The position numbers were made by a program, and so were the translations under genes. This document shows positions 12,572 through 24,757 of a DNA stretch of 64,000 nt, piece by piece. Within the stretch, counting starts at the first letter, position 1, and every line of letters begins with the position of its first letter. Origin of the DNA: Eledone cirrhosa (Eukaryota); contig OZ024740.1 in the NCBI GenBank assembly GCA_964016885.1, positions 128,960,001-129,024,000 on the forward strand, in the 5' to 3' direction. The notes under the pieces are model-generated. The model worked only from the letters and a program-made list of their open reading frames with translations, was not told the DNA's origin and made no database searches.

Positions 12572-13239
12572 ACTCTTTTAGTCTCAGTCATTGATGTCAT
12601 TTAACTGGAAAGTTTGTTGAAATGAATATCAAGCCACTACCTGCAGCCTCAGATATTCAGGACGTATCGGAGGGTTCTTACTATTCCCAGCAAGCATGCC
12701 TTTTGAAGCGTTCCAAAAAGCGTGAAGGGGCCAATTTTCTTTAACCATCCCTGGAAACTTTTTGAGATAGTCCCTAGTGCGCCTATGACAATCGGGATCA
12801 CTTTGACTTCATGGCAGTTCCAAATCCTTTTTACCTCCCACTTTAAGTCCTGGTATCGGTTAATTTTCTCCCTCTCCTTCTCTTGCACTCTCGTGTCGAA
12901 TGGGCAGGCCACATCTACAATCAGGCACGATCTTTTTTCTTTGTCCACAACCACCAGGTCAGGTCTATTGTGTTCCAGTTTCTTGTCCGTCTGTATCCTA
13001 AAATCCCACAGCACCTTCACCTGATCGTTTTCTATCACCGCCTCTGGCTTATGCTCATACCACTTCTCAGAATGTGGTAAATTATTTACTTTGCATAGGT
13101 GCCAGTGGATCACCCTGCCCATCACATCATGTCTCCAGCCTTTATAGTGAGTCTGAGCTGGGTGTTTACACTCGGATACAATGTGAGCCACAGTCTCCTC
13201 TCTCTCTCCACAGACCCTGCACAGTGGGCTAGCCTCGCC
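12570..13239 (-). mobile_element. R4/Dong family B, 5'-truncated (CCHC + RLE + 3' UTR)
   Basis: CRVCGEREETVAHIVSEC, WRHD, RPDLVV, IVDVACP, KINRYQDL, PIVIGALG; TAA tail on the sense strand. Confidence 0.93.
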
Positions 13240-13764
13240 CTCTTTCTTTAGCCGGGAAGGGCAGGCAGTTTTTATCTGTCTGGTGGCCATGGCGAAAGAG
13301 TTAGTATGGTGGACGTGTCTGAAAAGGCTGAAGACGAGCACTTACCTCTTCGGTGATGTCCTGATTAACTTTTTCAAATTTTATTTGAAAAGGAAAATCA
13401 GGGTGGAGATGGAGGTGCTCTCTTCCCAGCATTTTGTTGAAAGATTGGTGAGTGAGGCAATAATGGCCCGAGTGAATGGGCCTACTCTGAGTATGTGCCT
13501 GTAAATTGGAGGTGGAAAACTGGGAGAGGGCACTTTCCCTGGATGTCAGAGTCACTGTGGTTTTTTTAATGGGCTTTCTCCACGATGGGCCTCGGAAGTC
13601 TCCCCCTATTGGGTAATTTTTCATTATTTCATTTTTGTTATACCTGTTTTTGTTTTTTTACACGCAGAAATGCCCCTTTTTTACCGTCCTGTATTGTCTT
13701 GCATTGTCCTGTACTGTCCTCCATGTATTCACATGTGTAAACCCTTGTGGTTAATAAAGAAATC
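13237..13764 (+). mobile_element. L1/Tx1-type LINE 3' fragment
   Basis: Matches 30723-31241 and 36600-37111; ends aataaagaaatc-(ATT). Confidence 0.92.
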
Positions 13765-13779
13765 ATTATTATTTTTATT

Positions 13780-14168
13780 GTTCTTAGAGTCTCAGTCATT
13801 GATGTTATTTAACTGGAAAGTTTGTTGAAATGAATATCAAGCCGCTACCTGCAGCCTCAGACATTCAGGACGTATCGGATGGTTCTTGCTGTTTCCAGCA
13901 AGCATGCCTTTCGAAGTGTTCCAAAAAGCTGTGCTGGACTAATCTTCTTTCATCATCCTTGGAAACTCTTTGACATGATACCTGATGGGCCTTTGACAAT
14001 CGAGACGACCTTAATTTCACGGCAGTTCCATATCCTTTTTAACTCCCAATTTAAATCCTGGTATCGGTTAATTTCCTACCTCCTTTTCTTGCACTCTCGT
14101 GTTAAATGGGCAGCCTTCATCTACAATCAGGCACGATTTTTTCTTTGTCCAAAACCACCAGGTTAGGC
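13780..14168 (-). mobile_element. R4/Dong family B short 3' fragment
   Basis: Homologous to 12580-12965; bounded by ATT tracts. Confidence 0.88.
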
Positions 14169-14169
14169 C

Positions 14170-14243
<74 letters not shown>

Positions 14244-14244
14244 G

Positions 14245-17200
14245 TGTTGTTATTTGAGTCTCAGTCATTGATGGTATTTAACTGGAAAGTTTGTTGAAAT
14301 GAATATCAAGCTACTACCTGCAGCTTCAAATATTCAGGACGTATCGGAGGGTTCTTGCTTTTCACAGTAAGCATGCCTTTTTGAAGTGTTCCAAAAAGCG
14401 TAGCTGGACTAATCTTCTGTCATCATCCTTGGAAACTCTTTTAGATAGTACCTAGTGCGCCTATGACAATCGGGACGACTTTGGCAGTTCCAAATCCTTT
14501 TTACCTCCCACTTTAAGTCCTGGAATCGGTTAATTTTCTCCCTCTCCTTCTCTTGCACTCTCGTGTCGAATGGGCAGGCTACATCCACAATCAAGCACGA
14601 TCTCTTTTCCTTGTCCAAAACCACCAGGTCAGGTCTATTGTGTTCCAGTTTTTGTCCGTCTGCATACTAAAATCCCACAGCACCTTCACCTGATCGTTTT
14701 CTATCACCGACTTTGGCTTATGCTCATATCACTCCTCAGAATGTGGTAAATTGTTTACTTTGCATAGGTGCCAGTGGATCACCCTGCCCATCACATGATA
14801 TCTGCAGCCTTTATAGTGAGTCTTGGCTAGCTGTTTAGACTCGGATACAATGTGAGCCACAGTCTCCTCTCTCTCTCCACATATCCTACACAGGGGGCTA
14901 GCCTCCTCATTGTAAATATGGTGTTTCACCAACTTCGTTTTGAGGGTCTGCTCTTGCGCAGCCATGACCATTTCTCTGTAGCCTTTTTAAGGTCTTCTCT
15001 TTTGAACCAGTTCCATGTCAGTGGATCTCTAAATTCAGTTTTCTCAAAGAAGGTACCATGAAAGGATTTTTCATGACGGTTGCTCTTCCTCCTTGTTGTT
15101 ATTTCCTCCTTGGACATCCCCTGGTCTATTGCTTTCTCTTTCAGTACAATTCTGAGCATTGGGTCACTACTATCAGTCACGTATTTGTGTAGGTTGTTTT
15201 TCTCCACCTGAACACAGTCCTCTATGCTGATAAGACCTCTTCCACCTTCAGATCTCCTTAAGTAGAGTCTATCGACATCACTCCTCTTGTGGAACATATT
15301 GCAGATAGTCAATAGCTTCCTAGTCTTCCTATCCATTTCTTTTTGTTCAGAAACATTCCATCTCATAATGTTTTTGTTCAGCAACATTCCATCTCAGAAT
15401 GTGTTTGTTCTTTATGTCATCAGCCTCCAGAACACCCAAATACTTCATCCTTCTTCAGTGTCAATTTCCTTTATGATCTCACCTGTTGGTACCTGGATTC
15501 CGTTGCCTCTGCTCAATTTACCCCTCTTCATCACAAGGACTCCTCACTTACTAATACCAAATTGCATAATATATCATTGCTGAAAATACGGACAGTGTCA
15601 ACAAGCACATCCAACTCTTTCTCACTCTTCCCGAAGAGCTTAAGTTCGTCCATGAAGAGGAGGTGATTGATGGTATGCTCTCCCTTTCTCAACTTGTATC
15701 CTGCTCTCACTTTTCGCAGTATAATGGTCAGGGGCATCAGGGCAAGGACAAACAACAGAGGGGACAGACTATCTCCCTGGAAGGTACATCTCTTGATCTA
15801 TCACGCCTCCCAAGGATTCTCCAGCTGATGTTAACTCTGTTTCCCAAGACTTCATACTTTTGCCCAATAACTGATGTTATCTGCCATCTTGAAGATCTCT
15901 AGGCTTTTGGTGATCCAAGAATGAGGCACCATGTCAAATGCCTTTTTGTAGTCTATCCATCCCATGGCAAAACCAGTGTGTCTCCTCTTGCAATTCCTCA
16001 TTACCATCTTATCAATAAGTAACTGTAGATAGTCAATAGCTTCCTAGTCTTCCTATCGATTTCTTTTTGTTCAGCAACATTCCATCTCAGAATTCCCACA
16101 ATGTACCTAATAATAGACACATCTCGGGAATTTACTGCACTTATGGCATTCGTACTGTTCAGATGTGACTTTAATACGCTCCTTACTCTCCGAATGTATT
16201 CAGATCCTATGAATTCCTTCAGAAAACCTACATATCTGAATCCTTCGTCAGTGTCAATTTCCTTTATCATCTCACCTGTTGGTACCTGGATTCAGTTGCT
16301 TCTGCTCAATTTACCCATCTTCATCACTAGGACTCCACACTTACTAATAACAAATTACATACATATATCATTGCTGAAAATACGGACAGTGCCAACAAGC
16401 ACGTTCAACCCCTTATCACTCTTCCCGAAGAGCTTAAGATCGTCAATGAAGAGGAGGTGATTGATGGTAAGCTCTCTCTTTCCCAATTTGTATCATGCTC
16501 TCACTTTTCGCAGTATAATGGTCAGGGTGATCAGGGCAAGGACAAACAACAGAGGGGACAAACTATCTCCCTGGAAGATACCTCTCTAGATCTTCACGCC
16601 TCCCAATGATTCTCCAGCCGATGTTAACTCTGTTTTACAGGACTTCATACATGTTCTCAACAACTGTCTGATGTTTTCTACCACCTTGAAGATCTCTAGT
16701 CTTTTGGTTATCCAAGAATCAGGTACCATGTCGAATGCCTTGTTGTAGTCTATCCATCACAAGGCAAGACCAGTGTGTCTCCTCATGCAATTCCTCATTA
16801 CCATCTTATCAATAGGTAACTGGTCCTTTATACCACGCGACTTCTTTCAGCATCCTTTCTGTTCGTCCGGTAACAAGTTGTTTATGTGGAGGTGATGGTA
16901 GATTTCCTCAGACACAATGCTTGTTAACAGTTTCCACATTACCGACAGACATGTGATAGGTCTATAGTTGGTAACATCATTACCCTTGATTCGTTCTTTC
17001 ATTACCAGAACTGTGGTACCTTTTGTCAACCACTCCGGTACCTCACATGACATCAAGCAATCATTGAACATGGTTGTCAGTTTCGGGTGGAGGGATGTTA
17101 TATTGGTAATCCAATACCCCTGCACACCATCTGGACCTGGTGATTTCCAGCTGGTTAGTTTTTTGGCCAGCCCCTTAAGAGTTTCAACTGTGATACTCAA

Positions 17201-18595
17201 ATCAGTTTGTTGGTGTGCATGTTCACTAAACTCCTTTTGTACTGTCTCAATCCACACTGCCTGCTCATTATGTTTAACATCCTGCTCCCATATTCCTCTC
17301 CAGAATGTCTTAGTTCGTTCCGCCTCTGGGATCAAGTCGTTGGCTCTCTCTTTCGATTCAAGGTGTCCAAACAACATCTTCTGGTTGTTATCAAACATGC
17401 GCTTCTGTCTATACTGACTGATTCTGCTCTCGTATCGCCTAATGTTTGCACGGTTTGCTACAATGCGTTGCTTCAGTTCCTCTATGATAATATTTAGATT
17501 TTTCTCCTAGTATTATACTTTATTTCCAGTCTATTTTTAGTGTCTATGTTTTGTACCGACGCAAGCTTTCCAATGTCATTTCTCATTTCCTGATTTGACC
17601 ATTCAGTCGTTTCTTCCACCAAGTTTCTGATCTTTCTTGTTTGTTGTTTCCTCTCGCTTTTATGCCAAGTAATTTCCTCACCACATTTGCTGTTGCTTTG
17701 AGGATATTGTTGCACTGGTGAAGGTTCCTCGCCTCAAGGCATGGGATGATTTTGTTTACCTTAGCTGTTGTTTCTTTTAACTTTTTCCTGTCTACAAATC
17801 TTAATTTCAACGGGTTCCCACTATCATTGTTCATTTCATCTACCACTAATTTAGGATATGAACCAAATCTTGTCCTGGTCCGTTAGCATTCATTTCCTCA
17901 ATGCCTGCATCTTTGTTCCAGGTAGTATTTATTTCGCCATTCAGATCATTATCTGCTTCGGATGCTTCCTCCATTCCCTCAACCTCTTCACCTTCATTTC
18001 CTACGGGCTCGTTTGCCTGGTCTATTCCACTCTCCATTTCGAACTTAATCTCTCTCCTCAGTTCCTCCAGTTCCAGCTCGCTTATCCATCCATTAGTTCT
18101 TATTAACCGAGCCTGCCCGGCCAATTTTTGTTCGTCTAATTTAAATAGACAAATCTCGTTCCAGATGTTATGCATACGTTTCCTGTAGCCTTTCTCCTTG
18201 TGGTTTGTCTTCAGGTCACATTGCGTACCATTTCTATTCAATTCTTTCGTCCAGTTGGTCCTGGTCCATTTCCTTCTTCTTCTTCCTCTAACACCAGCAT
18301 TATTTGGATGACAGCCAGGTCCCTACTGCTGAGCCAGGGAGCACCTGTTGGGTGGGAGTCTGTCACAAACGTTCCAGTCTCCACTTCACCGTTATTCGAA
18401 CTGTTTAGGTTCGACATTGAAACACTCATATCGAGGATTGGTGAATGTATGGTTACATAACCACCGGTAATTTGATCACCCCCAGTGATTGGATTGGTGA
18501 ATCTATGGTTACATAACCACCGTTGATTTCATCACCCACAGTGATTTGATCACGCCCGGTGATTTTAGCGTGGCACTATCACGCTGTAGACGAAC
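14245..18595 (-). mobile_element. R4/Dong family B, near full length, disrupted, with internal duplication of the RT region
   Basis: N-terminal KGYRKRMHNIW, WKSPGPDGVQGYW, NYRPITCL, EQKGC, QGDSLS, HLLFM/IDD, RLYLRRSEGGRGL, CCHC, RLE. 5' UTR carries ~57-bp tandem repeats (18435-18550). Confidence 0.92.
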
Positions 18596-18687
18596 ATAAA
18601 TAAATAAACAAATAAATAGGTAACATCTTAAAAATAAAAAAATAAACATAAGTTTCATTGTAATGTTTGAATGTCTGACCTATTTTT

Positions 18688-18708
18688 TTATTATTATTAT
18701 TATTATTA

Positions 18709-18791
<83 letters not shown>

Positions 18792-18798
18792 TGTAGCG

Positions 18799-18853
<55 letters not shown>

Positions 18854-18866
18854 GAGTAGTAGTAGT
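18688..18866. repeat. Compound (ATT)n-(AGT)n microsatellite
   Basis: Direct reading. Confidence 0.95.
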
Positions 18867-20376
18867 AGCAGCAGCAGAAACAGCTCCAGCAACATTGTAA
18901 GTATAAATGACAGTAATTGATTCAAATGTTCATAGTGGTTTATTTATGAGTGACACATGTCTTATATTACGATGACAATACAGATATAACAGGATGGTAC
19001 AGTGTGTGTTTTTGTGGGAATAAAAGTTTATAACAAAGATTAAAATCATAAATATTTAAAACTAACTATAACAAATTTCTCAAAAGTAGGGACACCTCCA
19101 GGGGTCACTCGTGGAGAAAGCCCGCAAAATGTTACGGTAAACTTGACCGTCATAGCAATTGCACTCCCTTAGTTTTATTTTACCCCAATTTACTGGCGCA
19201 TTATCAGAGCATGCCATTCTCTCGGACAATTTACGCCTCTCTCACCTGCCTTAAAAAATGTTTGGAAGGCAGCACTTCCCTCTCCGCCATAATTTCTCTC
19301 TTAATAACAATAGAGTAAAGAATCAACATAAATTATTCATACGATTTCATTCACATGAAATCATGGTTCCACCGTGTCACTATCCCTTAGCCACAGTAGT
19401 ACCCCACTTCTGATTAAAACACTGGAAAACATCTAATTCATCAAAACATCAGAACTAACAAAATAAGCATAACACACATTGCGAAGGCAAAAATTGTTAT
19501 GAGTTTCGTATAACAACGTTATCCAATTTGCCTCTTGTATTGAATACATAACAAATGAAGTTAGATGATGTATTACCAGACATCTGCAAGGCATTTGACG
19601 GACATACGTAATTCTATTATTTCTTTTCACAATTTGAATTGCAATAAAACTTTGTAAAGAAAAACAGGGTGAAAAGGTTCTTTCTAGAATGGCTTTCGAA
19701 GCTTAAATATTGTTTGTGACTGTGAAGCGAACATGTGTGCATGTGTGATATTAGCGCGCTGCCACATTCATCAAACACACTGATGCATAATCCAAGTACA
19801 TGAAAATATTATTGTTATTCGGACACAGTATCTCAGAACACGTACTAAATAACGTATCATTTTCTTACTCACAAATCAGACAAACCTATGAAGTCCTACC
19901 CGTAAAATTAGCTCTCTCACCTGTAGATTCACTAATTTCAAATCCTGACCTCGGGCAATACCATTTTTTATTTCTTGAAACATGAATTGGCGTGCTCTAA
20001 ACAAGCCATTCTTGTGCTGCCCGTCTCTAATGTAGCGACATAAATAATTTATTCCTCATTTCAAATATTTTTGCTGCTAGAAATAGTACGGAAATGTTGC
20101 ACAAATCACACTCAAATTATATAGAATAAGTCTTATATAGAATTGCATACCATACAAAGAAGAAGAATTTACATAAATACCTCCCACTATAATTAGTTGT
20201 ATAAATAATGTCCATATATACATTTGCTATCATAGATATCAGAGATATATTTCTATCTATGTATGAAGTTATACATGAATGCATGCATATATAAATAAAT
20301 ATATAAATATATATATATATATATCAATAAAAATAACAGGAGGCTGGACTGGTGTAAATCTTTGAAATATTTATTA

Positions 20377-20432
20377 TACTATGATCATTTCAATGACCAG
20401 GTTCCATATGAATCCGGTGATTTCATCAGGTA
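20377..20432 (-). ncRNA. Type I hammerhead ribozyme (R2, left repeat)
   Basis: Minus strand: TAC-CTGATGA-AATcACCGGaTTC atatg GAAcCTGGTcATT-GAAA-TGATCA-TA-GTA. Confidence 0.82.
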
Positions 20433-20831
20433 ATCGGAATATAACAAAGGAATATGTAAAAACCATGGGTCCGAAAAATCAGAGACAAAGAGGACGTCTG
20501 ACCAACTAGCTGCCTTCACCTCGGCCAGTCGCCCGCAAAGTGATGGCTACATGTTATGCTAATGACCATCTGGTGAGGGGGCGAAGGCTTATAATGTACT
20601 ACCACCTCTCCGCCGCCAAAGAATAACAAAGGGGAAGAAAGAAAGAAAGAAAGAAAGAAGAAAAAAGAAAGAAGTTAGCGTAAGGGTCACACTTCAGTCA
20701 AGCTAGAAAACGCCGCGAAAAATGTTATTCTAAAGAATCTATAGTTTAACAAAGGCATATATAATGGATGTCTGTAAGGTCTAATGTGTGAACAGAAAAT
20801 TGGAACATTAACTTATGTTACGAGTTATAGG

Positions 20832-20930
20832 CGAGGTTGACTTTGCCTTTCATCCTTACGGGGTCGATAAAATAAAGTACCAGTAATGCACTGGGTAATT
20901 GCTGGCATTGTGCCTAAAGTAGAAACAATT
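20832..20930 (+). mobile_element. SINE, 5'-truncated copy
   Basis: gaggttgactttgcctttcatccttacggggtcgat...gtagaaacaatt. Confidence 0.88.
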
Positions 20931-22432
20931 AAATAAAAAAATAATAAATTGAAAAATAATAAATTGAAAATTGGAAAATAAATAAAAAAAATTATTTAAT
21001 GAACCTACAGAGAGAGTCTTATATGAAAATGTTACTCTCGATAAGATATCAGGGTGGGATATTAGAGTAAAGATTAAAACCTTCGATTGTGAATCCCAGC
21101 CAGCACCTCCTAACCACGTGTCAGCCAGTTTCAAGTGGTATCGTCCAGCGAAAGAAATGGAAATTAATTTTTCCGAGTACTCTAGGAACGTAGCAGACCC
21201 TATGCCCCGGGTGTGCTAGCGGGAAGTCTACAATTTCGACAGGCCATCGTCAATACCAAACGAATACTATTAATTCACACATGAGGGGTTTATTTACGTG
21301 CCAGTAGAGGCATGATACAGCTAACAGTTATGCCTAAGCCTAGAGTTTATAGGGATAAGTATAATATGGCGGCCAAAACAGGCGGCGCGGTGGTGGGGGG
21401 GGGGGGGGCAAAGTAACCCGCCGATAATTTCGTTTACCGAAAGTGGGGAACATTATTTATCCAAGCACTCAAGGAAGGCTGAACTTTCCGAGCGCCCATC
21501 GCGCAGCCGGGAAAAGCCACCACATCAATCGAAGGTAGCAAAACCCAACAAACAGTGCAAATAGACTATAATTATTTTAAATTCCCAGTTAGTCCGGGTT
21601 ATAAGTAGTGTGGTTCTTTGGTGGGTAGGGGGATATGAAAGGTGCATAATGACCTGAGTAAGGAAAGTTACATATAGATAAAAGCAGGATACAAAGATAA
21701 AATACAAAGATAAAGAATACATTAATAAAAATACATTAATAAACTAATAAAAGTAAAAAGTAAAGTACATAAATAAAACGTCTTCATAGCTAGGGTAGTG
21801 ATGTAGTAAGACGGACGTATATAAGAACATATCGGAGGAATCAGAGCAAAGGGGAAATAACATATAGATCAAGTTGTAGTAAGATAATATAGGTTGTACA
21901 TATAGATGAAGAGGATGGAAGAGATGGAATGGTAACAGGGGGTAACTAGTGTAAAGTTCGGGTTTCCGATTTCAGTGTGAGTCACAAAAATGTCCTGAAG
22001 TATAGAGTAGAGAATTCAGTCAATACAATATATGTCTTAGTATAATACGTAGAATTTTGTCGGAATCCTAATATTCGCGACAGGGAAGCAGCATCGCGTA
22101 GGCGGTAAACAAAGCACAGAGCAGCCAAAATCCGAATGGTAAGCAGATCAGTTAATCCCATGCTGGCGATAGCTGTACACTGAAGTCAGTGCCGCTGTTC
22201 AATATTACATTTGGAAGTGCTCAACATTATTGGAGCATTAATTCTTTAGCTTTGTTGGTTCACCACTGGATAGAATTCCGTATAGTCAATCTTGGGGTAA
22301 TATTGTGGAGAGTAGTCAACGTAGTACAGTTCACCCGTCTTCGTTTGTGTAGTTGGTGGTGCGAATACGGAGTTAATTATCAATAAAAATAACAGGAGGC
22401 TGGACTCGTGTAAATCCTTGAAATGTTTATTA

Positions 22433-22488
22433 TACTATGATCATTTCAATGACCGGGTTCCATATGAATCCGGTGATTTCATCAGGTA
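22433..22488 (-). ncRNA. Type I hammerhead ribozyme (R2, right repeat)
   Basis: Minus strand: TAC-CTGATGA-AATcACCGGaTTC atatg GAAcCCGGTcATT-GAAA-TGATCA-TA-GTA; palindromic stem III. Confidence 0.85.
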
Positions 22489-22901
22489 ATCGGAATATAA
22501 CAAAGGAACATGTAAAAACGATGGGTCCGAAAAATTAGAGACAAAGTCGACGACTGACCAACTATCTGCCTTCACCTCGGCCAGTCGCCCTCAAAGTGAT
22601 GGCTACTCGTTCTGCTAATGACCATCTGGTGAGGTGGCGAAGGCTTATAATGTACTACCACATCTCCGCCAAAGAATAAAACAGGGGAAGAAAGAAAGAA
22701 TGAAAGAAAAAGAAAAAAGAAAGAAGTCAGCGTAAGGGTCACACTACAGTCAAGCTAGAAAACGCCGCGAAAAATGTTATTCTAAAGAATCTATATTTTA
22801 ACAAAGCATATATAATGGGTGTCTGTATGGTCTAATGTGTGAACAGAAAATTGGAACGTTAAACTTATGTGACGAGTTATAGGATTAAATTAAGTAAAAT
22901 A

Positions 22902-23973
22902 ATATACTAATTCTTTATAATTAACTCCAAATTATTTTGTTGAGCAAAAATTTGCCAAAACTGCTACTATAGTTCATAGTAATAGATCGGCTATTGTCTT
23001 CTTAACACCCCACTCCTCACTGTGTACCCTCGAAGACACGTGATTGATTCTTTTGAATTTGCCACCGACCAAGTAGGCAGTGATTTTTTTCAATGTATTA
23101 GAATTTAGTCCACGCTTGCTTTTTTCCATCCACTGAATTATTTTTGTATAAGTTCCCTGTGTTCACGCATCGCCTGGGAACTTAGCTGAGAATAGACTTC
23201 CTGATGACGAAAGGCTTTCTCAATGCGTTCCATTCGGAAACCATGTTTATTCCCTTTCAGAAACTAATTAGTTGGAGTGAAGTCTTAGTAAGTAAATTAA
23301 TTTTTATAATTTTCTTATTTTACGTATTTCATATAATTGTTCTGCATCCTCTTGCATTGAACCACAAAGTTATTAAGACAAAACCAATATATTTGCTAGC
23401 ATGGGTATGCATCTGTATATATATGTTGGTAGATATACTAATTCTTTATAATTATCTCCAAATTATTTTGTTGAGCGACAATTTGCAAAAACTGCTACTA
23501 TAGTTCATAGTAATAGTTCGGCTACTGTCTTCTTAACACCCCACTCCTCACTGATTAACCCCGACGTCAGGTGATTGATTCTTTTGAATTTGCCACCGAC
23601 CAAGTAGGCAGTGATTTTTTCAATGTCTTGGAATTTAGTCCACGCTTGCTTTTTTCCATCCACTGAATTATGTTTGTATAAGTTCCCTGTGTCCACGCAT
23701 CGCCTGGGAACTTAGCTGAGAATAGACTTCCTGATGACGAAAGGCTTTCTCAATGCGTTCCATTCGGAAACCATGTTTATTCCCTTTCAGAAACTAATTA
23801 GTTATAGGGAAATGTTAGTAAGTAAGTTAATTTTTATCATTTTCTTATTTTACGTCTTTCATATAATTGGTCTGTATCCCCTTGCATTGAACCACAAAGT
23901 TACTAAGACAAAACCTATATATTTGCTAGCATGGGTATGCATCAGTATATAAATGTTGGTAGATATAGTAATT

Positions 23974-23975
<2 letters not shown>
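22902..23975 (+). repeat. Tandem dimer of a ~530-bp unit (family R3) with hammerhead-like motif at 23190-23252 and 23720-23782
   Basis: Units start atatactaattctttataatta at 22902 and 23433. Motif CTGATGA-CGAA...TTCG-GAAA-CCATGTT, with non-canonical stem I register. Confidence 0.8.
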
Positions 23976-24019
<44 letters not shown>

Positions 24020-24021
<2 letters not shown>

Positions 24022-24757
24022 CTATGTATACGTACATACATATATGTATACAGACGTACAGTAGTATGTATATGTATACATACACGCACACACATATATA
24101 TATGTACGTATGGATTTACCGAACGTTTATTATAATGTTCGATTGGTTTATACACAAACATCTCGAATTAAGCAGTGCCGTGTTTAGCAACCATCGTTGC
24201 CCGTTTGTTCAACACTGGAAAGGAACGATGTACTAGTTTCAAGTTTATTAGCTATCATCAGCACCGTATACTTCCGGCCAGATGATTGAACGTCTGAAAG
24301 TATATACTTTCCATATGCATATTAACGGCTGAGCAGCGTAATTTTCATATCGAGTGAACTAATAGGCCGGGCGCACCGAAAACGTTAGACGGAAAAAAAT
24401 GAAACGAAATTTCATTTCTCACTCACTCTTAGTACGGCTGTTACTCAAATATAAGTATGTATACGTACATACATATATGTAACAGAAGTATGTATATATA
24501 TACATACATTGACACATATATATGTACGTATGGATTTAACGAATATTTATTATAATGCTCGGCCTGTTTGTAAACAAGCATCCCGAATTAAGTCGTATAG
24601 TGTTTAGCAACCATCGTTGCCCTTTTCTTCAACACTGGCAAAGGAACGATGTACTAGTTTCAAGCTTATTAGCTATCGTATACCTTCCTGGTATCGTATA
24701 CCTTCCTGCCAGGTGATTGAACGTCTGAAAGTATATACTTTCCTCATGCATATTAAC
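24020..24757 (-). mobile_element. Retrozyme-like family R1, ~1.7 tandem monomers (period 421 bp)
   Basis: cgatgtactagtttcaag at 24226 and 24647. The second hammerhead has lost its CTGA by deletion. Confidence 0.78.
24226..24266 (-). ncRNA. Minimal type I hammerhead ribozyme (R1)
   Basis: Minus strand: CGGTG-CTGATGA-TAGCT aata AACTT-GAAA-CTAG-TA-CATCG; one stem II mismatch. Confidence 0.82.

Larger units (their letters stand above)
20325..22883 (-). mobile_element. Non-autonomous PLE-derived element (family R2): ~505-bp direct repeats (20325-20831, 22381-22883), each with a hammerhead, around an eroded RT-like interior
   Basis: Repeats are highly similar by eye. Interior minus strand gives ordered remnants PPICSYI, SIDVVAF, PVLAAIL, GIDDGL, PFLSLD, resembling PLE RT motifs. 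Confidence 0.72.

Noticed and set aside
18435-18550. Short direct repeats resembling a CRISPR array
   Set aside because: Two to three tandem 5' UTR repeats of a LINE; no unique spacers and no cas genes.
18300-18595. HDV-like ribozyme in the Dong B 5' end
   Set aside because: Hairpins exist (tgacag/ctgtca, caggt/acctg), but I could not build the nested double pseudoknot.
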